Assembly (NCBI RefSeq): GCF_020745735.1
Contig: NC_083408.1
Location: 100,842,484-100,906,483 of the forward strand
DNA: 64,000 nucleotides
Source: Hemiscyllium ocellatum
Taxonomy: Eukaryota
Direction of reading: 5' to 3'
Shown here: one piece after another, positions 1 to 11,900 of the stretch
How the letters are laid out: each line of letters starts with the position of its first letter
How positions within the stretch are numbered: position 1 is the stretch's first letter
Translations under genes and position numbers: made by a program
The notes under the pieces: generated by a model
Database searches by the model: none
What the model was told of the DNA's origin: nothing
The model's input: the letters and a program-made list of their open reading frames with translations, nothing else

Positions 1-1006
1 GTACTGAACTTAGCTATCAGCCTCTGCTCGGCCAATTTTCGCAGCTGCCGGTCCCGAAGTCCGCCTTGGAAGATGGTCACCTGAAGGTCCGAAGTCGAAT
101 GTCCAAGTTGATGGACACTTCAGCGGTCCAGGACATTCGACCTCGGACCTTCGGATGACCATCCTCCAAGGCGGACTTCGGGACAGGCAGCAGCAAAAAG
201 TGGCCGAGCAAAGGTTGATAGCTAAGTTCGGTACCCATAGGGAGGGCCTCAACCGGAACCTTGGGTTCATGTCACACTACAGGTGACCGCCATTGCAGTA
301 TATACACACACAGACACTCCTACATGCGCGCACACACACACACTCCTATACACAGACACTAACACACACTCCTACACTCTCACATGCACTGTCTCACAGA
401 CTTAGACACTCAACCTCCCAACCCAGGTACACACTCCTACAGACACACATACTCCCATGCTCTCACTTGCACCCTCTCACAGACTTAGACCGCTTTACAC
501 TCACACACACATGCACTCTCTCTCACAGACACTCACAAACCCCCCAACCCAGACACACACACATGCGCGCGCGTGCGCACACACACACAAAAACCCACAT
601 TCATACATACACATATACGTTTGTGGGGTGAATTTGTACTTGCAGAGTTGCATTTTACTTTGCTCATAAACTGCATGAATCCATGGAAGACTCTGTTATC
701 TCACCTTTTAGATTGGAATCAGTCTAAACATCATGGCACAGACAGGGAACACGGGGGCTAACACTTTCAACATCTTATCTGCGCTGACACCAATTGTTAC
801 AGTTAACCTGAGAATATAACTTTTAAAAAAAGTTTTGTGATTTACATATAAAAGAAGTGAAACAATCATGGTCATTCTAACAGATGAGAAACTTAAACAA
901 TCAAGGTATTTTTCAATGTATATTTCAGTTACATCACACTGTAAACCTTTGCTATAAATTCTGTGTCTTGCAATTGTGCACTCCGCAACCACCTGATGAA
1001 GGTGCG
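1..1006. mobile_element. Neptune-type Penelope-like element, inverted junction (runs off the left edge)
   Basis: 1-104 is the reverse complement of 131-234. + strand 116-286 reads HFSGPGHSTSDLRMTILQ...EQRLIAKFGTHREGLNRNLGFMSHYR*, a PLE GIY-YIG C-terminus. A CA-rich 3' region follows, then a hammerhead core CTGATGA at 993-999 that is truncated by a CR1. Confidence 0.8.
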
Positions 1007-1009
1007 ATT

Positions 1010-1355
1010 TGGAAAGTTGAGGGATGACCTCATAGAAGTTTATAAAATCATGAAGGGCATGGAGAGGTTAAATAGCATGGTCTCTTTTTAGGGGTGGGGG
1101 GAGTCCAAAACTAGAGTGCATAGGTTTAGGGTGAAAGGCTAAAGAGTTAAAAGGTACCCAAGGGGCAACTTTTTAATGGAGAAGTTGGTGGGTGTATAAA
1201 ATGAGCTCCCAGAGGAAGTGATGGAGGCTAACACACTTACAACATTTAAAAGGCATCTGGATGGGAATATGAATAGGAAGGATTCAGAGGGAAATGGGCC
1301 ACGTGCTGGCAAATGAGACTAGATTAATTTAGGATATCTGGTTAGCATGGACAAG
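1010..1355 (+). mobile_element. CR1 LINE 3' fragment
   Basis: Degenerate RGDLIEVYKIMKG / TRGHRFRV / WNELPEEV / FKRHLD coding remnants, as in the other CR1 copies in the window. Confidence 0.8.
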
Positions 1356-1748
1356 TGATCTTACCTATATCCTCTTCTCACATTACAGCAGGAAATGTTG
1401 TCAACTGAGGATAAGTTCAGCAGACATGAAGATCAGAAAAGAACAAAGTCACCATTCCTGAAGGAATGTGGGTTTGCCAGCACTGTTGCGTGGAATTTAA
1501 ACTAGCTTCACAGCGAGAGGGATACTGCGTAAGACTACAACAGGGACACAGCATACTTCAGTAAAATGAACCAAGATAGAGGGAGTAAGGCAAGACTGGA
1601 TGGGCTGTAATGTTATGAGTATTATAGACAATGATGGTTATAGTATGACATTTAACTCACTGCCTAACTCCCCAAAGTCTGTCCACAATCTACAAGGCAC
1701 AAGTCAGGAGTGTAATGGAATATTCTCCACTTGCCTGAATGGATGCAG

Positions 1749-1851
1749 GAAATGTCGAATTTCCTGTTCCTTGGATGCTGCCTGACCTGCTGCGCTTTTC
1801 CAGCAGCACATTTTCAGCTCTGATCTCCAGCATCTGCAGACCTCACTTTCT
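1749..1851 (+). mobile_element. Short PLE-derived element, 5'-truncated at the hammerhead
   Basis: 15-bp TSD cctgaatggatgcag at 1734-1748 and 1852-1866. Body matches the sense arm plus tail of the 10518 family. Confidence 0.8.
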
Positions 1852-2629
1852 CCTGAATGGATGCAGCTCCAACACCACTCAGGACCAACACCACTCAGAA
1901 AGCCTGACATCATACATGACCTGTTTGAATGGCACCTCATCACGATTATCTACTCCCTCCCTACTGATGCAGCAGTGTGTACACGATGTTATGCAGAAAT
2001 TCAACAAAGATTCTCATTAAGCACCTTCCAAACCCAAAACCACTTCCATCTACAAAGACAATGGCAGCAGATACTTGGGAATACCATCTCCTGTGAGCTC
2101 CCCCTCCAAGCAACTCACCATTTTGACTTGAAAATATATTGCTATTCCTTCACTGTCATTGAGTCAAAGTGCTGGAATTCCGTTTCTAGCAGCATGGTGG
2201 GTCAACACACAGCAGGTGGACTGCAGTGGTTCAAGGCAGCAGCTAACTACCACTTTCTGTAGGCAAATACAGATGGCCAGTGATGCCCTCATCCTGCAAA
2301 TTAATTTTTAAAAATCTTCTGGAGTCTTTTTGCAGTTGCACTCATCTCGGTAAGCATGGAGTATTCCATCACATTCCTCACTTGTGCCTTATACAGGCTG
2401 TAGAGAATCAGGTGAGTTGCTCGCTGCGGTATTCCTAGCTTCTGACCTTCTTTTCTATAGCCACTGTAAATCCAATTAAGTTTCTGGCCAATAGTAATTT
2501 AGAGGATGTTGATAGCAGGAGATGCCGTGAAGGCAACTACATTAAATGCCAAGTGGTAGTAGTCAGACTGCTTCTCCCTGGTAATGGTCATGGCCTGGCA
2601 TTTGTGTCATGAATGTTACTTGCCACTAT

Positions 2630-3227
2630 TGTAATGCTAAAAGATAAATGGGAACCTCTCTCTTTGGACATTAATGAAATACTAAAGGAATAAACTGCAC
2701 TATCTTTGGGTGGGGACGACAGTCAGGCAAGAATGTGAATCACCTACACCCAATTAGACAGTCATTTGCTACTACGCCCCCTTGCTATTGTCAAGTTAAA
2801 CTATTGTTCAATCTCTTCCATTCAAAAATGCTTTCTGGCCAGAGGTATGTCGCACCTGCATTATCTTGGGGAATCACAGAGTCAGGAAATCATCGGCATA
2901 ATGACTCCCCTGCATTAGAGCATTAGCATTATCTCAGAGGATGATCTCATCTTGCCATTGTACCTGGGATAACTTGTGACTGTGACTAACTGGGGGTTGT
3001 CTTGAGTGGCATGTGACTGTGGGGAGAGGCAAGAGTATCTGTAAGCATGTGGCCAATTGGCCCGTATACAGGAGATGTGTTTTCTTTGTTCAGAGCCTCA
3101 CTTGCGTGTGAAGAAGGCCAAAGGGGTTCACCTAGCTTGTACAAGCTTTAATAAACGTTAATGATCTGCAGTAGTTGGTGCGTGTGAATTGCATCTCATG
3201 TGCGAAACCTCGGGAAAGGACCTAACA
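2630..3227 (+). mobile_element. Solo LTR
   Basis: TGT...ACA termini, near-TSD ctat/ctac and AATAAA at 3150-3155. It interrupts a LINE remnant that continues on both sides. Confidence 0.65.
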
Positions 3228-3276
3228 CTACCAACCTAAGGGTGAACATTTTCCAAATCTTTCTGCAGTTGAACAT

Positions 3277-3365
3277 AGCTGAAAATGTGTTGCTGGTTAA
3301 AGCGCAGCAGGTCAGGCAGCATCCAAGGAACAGGAAATTCGACGTTTCGGGCTAAAGCCCTTCAT
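3277..3365 (-). mobile_element. Short PLE-derived element, single tail-less arm
   Basis: Matches the left arm of the 10518 element, including gacgtttcgggc...gcccttcat (hammerhead, reverse strand). Confidence 0.7.
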
Positions 3366-5120
3366 AGACTGCTTCAGTGTCTGAGCAGTCATGAATGGTG
3401 TTGAACATTGTGCAATCATCAGCAAAAATTAGTTCTGACCTTATGATGGAGGGAAAATTATTTATGAAGCAGTTGAGGATGATTGCCTTGAAACTCTTCT
3501 TTACCTTCTCTGTTGTAAGCAAGACAAACTCTAGTTTATCTCATATCTCCAAGGAACTGTGAATTCTTTCACCTTGATCGAATTCTCAAATTCTAAATGC
3601 ACATTTCATAAAGTTTTGAAATCAGAGTGTGGGGTGGAAGGCATAGGCTTGAACTGATGTAGAGTTTAGCATAACTTGTTTGTTCTTATATTCCATGCTT
3701 TATTTGTCAAACTCAACCGATTGCAAGATGAGCACTATAACCCTGTTATAGGAAGGAGATTATGAAACTGGAGAGGATTCAGAAAATATTTACAGAAAGT
3801 TGTCAGGAATGAAGGGTTTGAGATATAAGACTGGAAAGGCTGGGACTCACCATCCTGACTTGGAAATATAACCACACTTTTTCACTGTTGCTGAGTCAAA
3901 ATTGTGGAATTCTGGATCATTGTGGGTGTACCTACATTACAATTCAAACAGGCAGTATACTCCAACCTTCTTAAGGGCAACTCGGATGGGCAATAAATGC
4001 TGGCCAGCCAGCAATGCCCACATCCCACAAGTGAAATTTTAAAAATTCCTTTTAGTCGCTCTCATAAGTTGCTTGGTGGAACTAAAAAAAACGTCATTGT
4101 GTAAGTCCATCAATAGGAAGATGATAAGCAGAGAAAGATAATGGTTCATTAGAGACCAAGAAGCAACTGTGCATGGAGTCGGCAAACATTGGTAGGGTGT
4201 TAAACAAGTATTTTGCATGTCTTCACAGTGGAGAGGATGTAGGTCCAGAATTTGGTAGTAAGGACTGTAGGTTACTGAGCAGTTTGACATCATGAGTGAA
4301 CAGTTATTGGAGGTTTTGGTGTCCAGGTGACTGCTGTGGGAGATTGGGGAGAAACTTACAGGGCTTCTGACCCAAATTCAATTGCCAAGGGGGAGATGCC
4401 ATAGAACTTGAGGATAACTAATGCATCCACATTTTTTAAGAAAGGTGTAAAGATAAACCACAGAATTACAGACCAGTGAATCTCTTGTCAGTAGTTAGTT
4501 AACTACTGAAGATAATTCCAAAGAAGAGAATGAATTTCCACTCGGAGAGGCAAAGTTTGAACAGGGACAGTGAATGACGGGGTTGGGGGAGGGGGGTGTG
4601 ATGAAAAGTAAAACTAAGTTTGCAGATGACAAGATGGTTGGCTGGAATATTGACAGTCAGGAAGAATGTTTTAGGTTACAGGAGGATATAGACTGATTAA
4701 TTAGATGGACGGTTCGGCCACAAATGGAATTTAACCACTTAAGTGTGAGGAGATGCATTATGGAAGCAACAAGACAAGGGAATATTCAAAGAATGGTAAG
4801 ACACTAGGAAGATTAGAGGGATGTTGAGTTGCTTTTCCACAGATACCTGCAGGAGGCAGGACATATTACCAGGATAGTTAAAAAGGCTACTTTATGGGAT
4901 ACTTTATCAGTTGTAGCATAAAACAAGCAAGTTACGCTGGAGCTATACAAAACTTTGCTTTGGTCACAGGTGGAGCATGAGTACAAGTGGATAGTTGTAG
5001 TCACTGCATGATAGAAAGGATATGATGCACAGGAGGGAGTGCAGAGGAGGTTCACCAGGATGTTGTCTGGATTGGGGCAGTTTTGTTATGAAGACAGGCT
5101 GGCTAAGCATGGTTTGCTTT

Positions 5121-6638
5121 AAAATCTGATTGAAGATTTGTAGCTCGGGTATCCGTTGTTGTGGTTCTGCTCGCCGAGCTGGAAGTTTTTGCTGCAAACG
5201 TTTCGTTCCCTGGCTAGGGAACATCATCAGTGCTGTTGGAGCCTCGTGTGAAGCGCTGCTTTGATGTTTCTTCCGGTATTTATGTTGGTTTGTTCTTGCC
5301 GCTTCCGGGTGTCAGTTTCAGCTGCAGTGATTTGTATGTGGGGTCCAGGTCGATGTGTCTGTTGATGGATGTTCTTGCCGTTTCCGGGTGTCAGTTTCAG
5401 TTGTAGTGGTTTGTATATGGTGTCCAGGTCAATGTGTCTGTTGATGGAGTTTGGGGATGAATGCCATGCTTCTAGGAATTCTCTGGCTGTTCTCTGTCTG
5501 GCTTGTCCTATGATAGTGGTGTTTTCCCAGTCAAATTCATGTTGCTGGTTGTCTGAGTGTATGGCTACTAGAGATAGCTGGTCGTGTCGTTTTGTGGCTA
5601 ACTGATGTTCATGGATACGGATCGTTAGCTGTCTTCCTGTTTGTCCTATATAGTGTTTTGTGCAGTCCTTGCATGGTATTTTGTAAACTACGTTAGTTTG
5701 GCTCATGCTGGCTATTGGGTCCTTTGTTCTAGTGAGTTGTTGTCTGAGCGTGGATGTTGGCTTGTGTGCTGTTATGAGTCCTAAGGGTCGCAGTAGTCTG
5801 GCTGTCAGTTCTGAGACGCTCCTGACGTATGGTAGAGTGGCTAGTCCTTTTGGTTGTGGCATGTCCTCGTTCCTCGGTCTATCTCTTAGGCATCTGGTGA
5901 TAAAGTTGCGTGGGTATCCGTTTTTGGCGAATACCTTGTATAGATGTTCCTCTTCCTCTTTTCGCAGTTCTGGTGTACTGCAGTGTGTTGTGGCCAGACT
6001 ACTGCGACCCTTAGGACTCATAACAGCACACAAGCCAACATCTACGCTCAGACAACAACTCACTAGAACAAAGGACCCAATACCCAGCATGAGCCAAACT
6101 AACGTAGTTTACAAAATACCATGCAAGGACTGCACAAAACACTATATAGGACAAACAGGAAGACAGCTAACAATCCGCATCCATGAACATCAGTTAGCCA
6201 CAAAACGACACGACCAGCTATCTCTAGCAGCCATACACTCAGACAACCAGCAACATGAATTTGACTGGGAAAACACCACTATCATAGGACAAGCCAGACA
6301 GAGAACAGCCAGAGAATTCCTAGAAGCATGGCATTCATTCCCAAACTCCATCAACAGACACATTGACCTGGACACCATATACAAACCACTACAGCTGAAA
6401 CTGACACCCGGAAACGGCAAGAACATCCATCAACAGACACATCGACCTGGACCCCACATACAAATCACTGCAGCTGAAACTGACACCCGGAAGCGGCAAG
6501 AACAAACCAACATAAATACCGGAAGAAACATCAAAGCAGCGCTTCACACGAGGCTCCAACAGCACTGATGATGTTCCCTAGCCAGGGAACGAAACGTTTG
6601 CAGCAAAAACTTCCAGCTCGGCGAGCAGAACCACAACA
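5121..6638. mobile_element. Young Penelope/Poseidon-type PLE as a head-to-head inverted pair (RT end plus GIY-YIG)
   Basis: GIY-YIG motifs NVVYKIPCKDC...YIGQTGR...RIHEH on both strands. Arms 5157-5802 and 5993-6638, 36-nt tail 5121-5156, 12-bp TSD atggtttgcttt at 5109-5120 and 6639-6650. Confidence 0.92.
6560..6604 (+). ncRNA. Minimal type I hammerhead ribozyme in the PLE 3' end (mirror copy on - strand at ~5191-5235)
   Basis: CTGATGA (6565-6571), extra T, stem II gttccct/agcc/agggaac, GAAACGTT, short stem I gca/tgc. Confidence 0.8.
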
Positions 6639-7114
6639 ATGGTTTGCTTTCTTTAGAGCAGGGAAGGCTTGGGGGGGGGGGGGGGGGGGACCTGATTGAG
6701 GTATTTAAGATTAGGAGGGGCATGGACAGAATGCATAGAAAACAGCTGTTCCCCCTAGTTAAAGGGTCAATAACAAGGCGGCATAATTTTAGACATAAGG
6801 CAGGAAGTTTAAAGGGGATCTGAGGAACTCATTTTCATCCACAGAGTGTTGGGAACCTGAAATGCACAATCTGGGAGGGTCATTGAAGGGGGAATTTATA
6901 ATCTACAAAAATAAATTGAATGAACATTTGGAATGTCTTAACATTCAAGGCAATGGGCCAAGTGTTGGAAAGTCACACTAGTGTAGATTTAGAATTTATT
7001 TAGTTGATATAGACTTGGTGGGCCAAAGGGCATCTTCTGTAGTATGATTCTATGACCTTAGGGCTGTTTTCTCATTGAAAAGAGATATCTAGTATAGAGT
7101 TTAACCTGAGGGTC

Positions 7115-7430
7115 AGATTAGATTAGATTAGATTAGATTACTTACAGTGTGGAAACAGGCCCTTCGGCCCTACAAGTCCACACCGACCCGCCAAAGCGCA
7201 ACCCACCCACACTCCTACATTTACCCCTTACCAATCACTACAGGTAATTTAGCATGGCCAATTTACCTGACCTGCACATCTTTGGATTGTGGGAGGAAAC
7301 CGGAGCACCCGGACGAAACCCATGCAGACACGGGGAGAATGTGCAAATTCCACACAGTCAGTCGCCTGAGGCAGGAATTGAACCCGGGTTTTTGGCGCTG
7401 TAAGGCAGCAGTGCTAACCACTGTGCCACC
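7115..7430 (-). mobile_element. tRNA-derived V-SINE (HE1-like)
   Basis: A box ggtggcacagtggttagc, B box ggttcaattcc, V-domain-like gtgctccggtttcctcccac, (tctaa)n tail. Confidence 0.85.
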
Positions 7431-7554
7431 CACATCAGGTGAGGCTGACAAGATGGGACCTTCATGGTGACCTCAGCAGTACAGAAATTGAACCCATGCT
7501 GAAGGCATCACTATGCAACGCAAATTAGCCATCCAGCCAACCGAGGTAACCAAC

Positions 7555-8010
7555 AACAAAAACAGAAGCTGCTGGAAAAGCTCAGCAGGTCTGACAGCAT
7601 CTGTGAAAAGAACTCAAAGTTCACATTTCAGGTCCAGTTCTGGGGAAAGGGTCACAGGACCTGAAATATTAACTTTGAATTTCTTCACAGATGCTGCCAG
7701 CCTACCAATTATTTTACTGTTTCAAAGGAAGGAATAGCTAGGCCAATCTGACCTTTACCACTATTTCCTCAATCACAGTGATATTATGCCTACAATTAGT
7801 TTAGTAGCATCTGTGGAAGGTAGCAGAGTTAACAAGTTGGGGTCCAGTGACACTTCTTCAGAATTGAAAGGTTTTGAATTATCATTGGACTCAAAACATT
7901 AACTCTGCTTTCTCTCCCCAGATGCTGGCAGACCCACTGAGTTTTCCAGCAACTTCTGATTGTATTTCAGATTTCCATCATCCATAGTCTTTTGAAGTTT
8001 TTGTTTTGTT
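7555..8010. mobile_element. Two older short PLE-derived inverted-repeat elements
   Basis: gcatctgtg...cagatgc inverted arms around decayed hammerhead-like cores. Related copies at ~13480-13760, ~14770-15025 and ~54470-54550. Confidence 0.55.
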
Positions 8011-8055
8011 TAATATTTTCACGTTACTGCTTTTCAAAGATAATAAGATTATTTT

Positions 8056-8370
8056 TAGATTAGATTACTTACAGTGTGGAAACAGGCCCTTCGGCCCAAC
8101 AAGTCCACACCGACCCGCCGAAGCGCCACCCACCCATACCTCTACATTTACCCCTAACCTAACACTACGGGCAATTTAGCATGGCCAATTCACCTGACCC
8201 GCACATCTTTGGACTGTGGGAGGAAACCGGAGCACCCGGAGGAAACCCATGCAGACACGGGGAGAACGTGCAAACTCCACACAGTCAGTCGCCTGAGTCG
8301 GGAATTGAACCCAGGTCTCTGGCGCTGTGAGGCAGCAGTGCTAACCACTGTGCCACCGTGCCACCGTGCC
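8056..8370 (-). mobile_element. tRNA-derived V-SINE (HE1-like)
   Basis: Same A/B boxes, core and tail as 7115-7430. Confidence 0.88.
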
Positions 8371-9853
8371 ATCCACAATCTGTAAAGGGGATTAAGCAAA
8401 GTGCTTCCTAATTTAACAGCATTTGAAATAAAACAAATTAATATTTGAAATAATTAATTTTCTATAAAGTGGAAGAGATATGCCATGCATCTTTACTGTT
8501 GGTGATCTTGTGTTTGTTATTTACATGCACTAATTCAATCTCAATGAATCAGCTTCACTGATCAGACAAATAGCATTTCTGTACTTAAATTATATGAATT
8601 TATTCAATGTAAGCCAACATCAATCTCAAAATTGTTATCTAAGAACCAAAATTCAGATCTCAATGAATCAAATCACCTCAGTGGCAAAACCAAAATCACA
8701 CTTTCATGCTTCAATTTTATCAACCAGCTTAGCTGTGTTTTTCTTCAAGACAATCTAACAGGACACAACCTCAGCCCAATTAACCAAGTGAATCTTTTTA
8801 ACTATGCATCAGTTTATCAGCAAAGATGCTCATAACTTGCACAAATAGACTTCTCCCACACATCCATTCTTCAACCTCACTCTACTTTTCCATCATATCC
8901 AAGGATGGAATGTTCCAGGATGCTTCCCACCAGGTTTCTTAATTTCCATTTTTCAAGGACTGCAACTCATTCAGAATTGAACTTAAAGATAGCTAAAAAG
9001 AGCCTAGAAGTTAAAGCTTTTAATAGTCATAACAACTTGGACACAAGGTGCAGACTTGAAAAGAAACATGCCATTTAATACAGAACAAGATGGAGTGATT
9101 AATTAGGCCAGCATTAGCAGGAGAATGCAGCAAGAACAGTTAAATGTCAATCTTAATTCTCTGACCAGACGCTAATTGATTAGGGTATTGGTACAGGGTT
9201 CAGCAGGGCTTTGCTCCCTCGATTCCTTTTTTTAAAAAGCCACAATGTATAAATTCCTTCATAAAAAGCAGCCTAAAGTAATTATGTATAAAGTTTTTAG
9301 CACACACAAATGGATCAACTCTGAGCTTGACTCATAATATAAAATTGGTTTCTGGTATTATTTCTCAGCACAGTCTGAATTATTTAGTAAATTACTTCCA
9401 AAAATAAAATAATATCTAATGGTTACACTTTCTTGAGGCTTGCAAGTATGGGTTGGTTGAATACAAGCAGCATGCTGCCAGCTGCAAACAGTCAAAAATA
9501 AACATTATTTGACTTGGTCTGTCAGTCACTGGGGGACACAGCCTACTCACCTAGCTTAGCATCACTTTGGTACTCAAATTCATATCACATTATTTACTTG
9601 TGTGGTAGGCAAAAAGTCATTTTGGCTTGATGGCGGCATCCTGTCAGTGGAGAAAACCACTCACTGAATTACTGTACTGCAGCAGTATTGAGACAATTTG
9701 CTTGGCTTGCTCAAAATTTGGAACATCTTCCTCTTCTAGGATAATGAGGTAAACTGGGCACCACTCAGGACCAAAAGTGGTCCTATCCCCAAAATTTTTT
9801 CGCAAGCATTATACATATTGTAACCGCTAATTGCAATTTACTAGTATTGATCC

Positions 9854-10032
9854 GAGTCAAAAAGTGTGGTGCTAGAGAAGCACAGCCGGTCCAGCAGCTT
9901 CCATGGAGCAGGAGATTCAATGTTTCAAGCATAAGCTCTTTACTGCTCCTTGGATGCTGCCTGACCAGCTGTGCTTTTCTAGCACCACACTTTTTGACTC
10001 TGATCTCTAGCATCTGCAGTCCTCACTTTCTC
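9854..10032. mobile_element. Short PLE-derived hairpin element
   Basis: Inverted arms, 32-nt tail 10001-10032, TSD ctagtattga at 9841-9850 and 10033-10042. Confidence 0.8.
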
Positions 10033-10517
10033 CTAGTATTGACTTGATCAGGGTATTGTAATCTCACAGGATAATTTTGATATGCTCTGTCCCAGTATCA
10101 AGCTTACAAGGTCAGCAGATGGCTAAGATCCTATTCAAGAAGTTGCCAATAAGATTTATCTTGTCTCGTGAAACTGTAGAAATCTCAATTTGTATATTGA
10201 CTGGTGAACATAGGCTTTCAGTAAATAATAGTTAAGAAACAATTTCCAGACATTGCAATGAATACTTCAAGGAAGGAAAGTTCACTTGATTGCACTCAAA
10301 TTTACCACTGAAATGGAACTAAGTTTATTAAGCTGTATAAACACCTTCTTTGATGCTGCTCTGGACTGAATTATTGCGAATTTGTTATACTGGAAAGATG
10401 AAAAATGTAGGAAGTTGGTGGTCAAAGATGCTCTTCTCATTGTCATCAACAAAGATGCTAACAAGGGCTAAGTCGAGAGGGGATCCCATGCCAAGCAAAG
10501 TATACAATACATCCAAG

Positions 10518-10724
10518 GAGAAAATGAGGTCTGCAGATGCTGGAGATCAGAGCTGAAAATGTGTTGCTGGAAAAGGGCAGCAGGTCAGGCAGCATCCAAG
10601 GAACAGGAGACTCGACGTTTCGGGCATAAGCCTTCCTGAAGTAGGGCTTATGCGCGAAACGTCGAACCTTCTGCTCCTTGGATGCTGCCTGACCTGCTGC
10701 GCTTTTCCAGCAATACATTTTCAG
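10518..10724. mobile_element. Short PLE-derived hammerhead hairpin element
   Basis: 16-bp TSD atacaatacatccaag at 10502-10517 and 10725-10740, 35-nt tail 10518-10552, inverted arms meeting at the hammerhead (ctgaagtagggcttatgcgcgaaacgtc). Confidence 0.88.
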
Positions 10725-11028
10725 ATACAATACATCCAAGTCAGCTTCTATGACAGACAACACTATGCCAGGTACTTAACTGTACACTTCAACAGCTCAT
10801 TGGTCAGAGATGGACTATATCACTGTTATTTCATGTTGAAAACATGCTGCCGTATTGCTGACATATTGTTCACGGTAAATCAGAAATAGTAAAACAAATA
10901 ATGAAGCTCTTTGGGGCAGCACTGTAACTCAATATGTATTCCTGCCCCGCCATCAAGAAGTATTAAACAAAGCAGCTTGTGCCACATTTTTCAGACCAGC
11001 AACAAAACATACTACAATGACAGCATAG

Positions 11029-11154
<126 letters not shown>

Positions 11155-11562
11155 TAAGAAGTTCAATAGAATTAAGGAGCCCTTAAACTCCACCTATTAT
11201 TCAACACGATTCAGGAAATTAACTTAAAGCCGTTTCATAGGTTGACATTCTGCGATCTGAGAATTATAAATGTTAAGGTATTTCCTTCTTCCTTGAGGAT
11301 TATTCAGGAAGATGGTGTGAACATAAACATTAACAACTAAGAATGCAAAACCTAGCAAAGTAATTGGTGAGCACTAGACGTTATTCCAAGAACCATTTTA
11401 CCTAAATTGTTTGCATCATTGAAAGATAATCACTCAAAGTTAAGTAAACTGCAACAGCATCTCTTTCAGATTGAAACAAAATATATTAGGAGGGATGGTT
11501 AAAAAGCTCGAGTGATTTTATGGGGGACTTTGAGAAAGGAGGGTGGAGGGGAGTTATGGATG

Positions 11563-11900
11563 CAAGATGGCACCAGATATCGTCAACTCCTTGCAAGCTC
11601 CTGCGTGCAGATCTACGTTCCCTATTTGCTACAATCGTTGTACATTCTAAACTTAATAGCATACTTTAAAAACTTACTAATATCTATGTTTTATCTAAAC
11701 TCACAGGTTTGAAGCTCTTCTGATAATGGACTCTCAAACATTTCGCATTTGCCTGTACCTTTGTTTTGGTTTTTGCTGCTGTTTACCTATTATTTACTTA
11801 TCTATGCTATTTAACTGTGCGACCTGCCTGCATTGCTCGCAAGACAAAGCTTTTCACTGTGCCTCAGCACATCTGACAATAAATTCAATTCAATTAATTC
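11563..11900 (+). mobile_element. Non-LTR element with a Rex1/Babar-like 3' end
   Basis: Starts aagatggc and ends catctgacaataaa(ttcaa)n. Family assignment is from recall of the tail motif only. Confidence 0.4.

Larger units (their letters stand above)
4300..7035 (+). mobile_element. Decayed CR1 LINE RT region, interrupted by the PLE at 5121-6638
   Basis: NYRPVNL, KFADDK and MEFN remnants. The CR1 sequence resumes seamlessly across the TSD atggtttgcttt. Confidence 0.75.

Noticed and set aside
293-761. His/Thr-rich ORFs
   Set aside because: Translation of the CA-rich 3' region of a PLE.
5227-6568. Two 287-aa ORFs as host genes
   Set aside because: They are mirror chimaeras created by the PLE inversion; their N-termini are antisense GIY-YIG sequence.
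6671-6689. Poly-G run as a functional G-quadruplex (also 33291-33308)
   Set aside because: Homopolymer expansions inside CR1 remnants; length is also prone to sequencing error.
7340-7430. tRNA gene
   Set aside because: The A/B boxes belong to the SINE head; no full cloverleaf.
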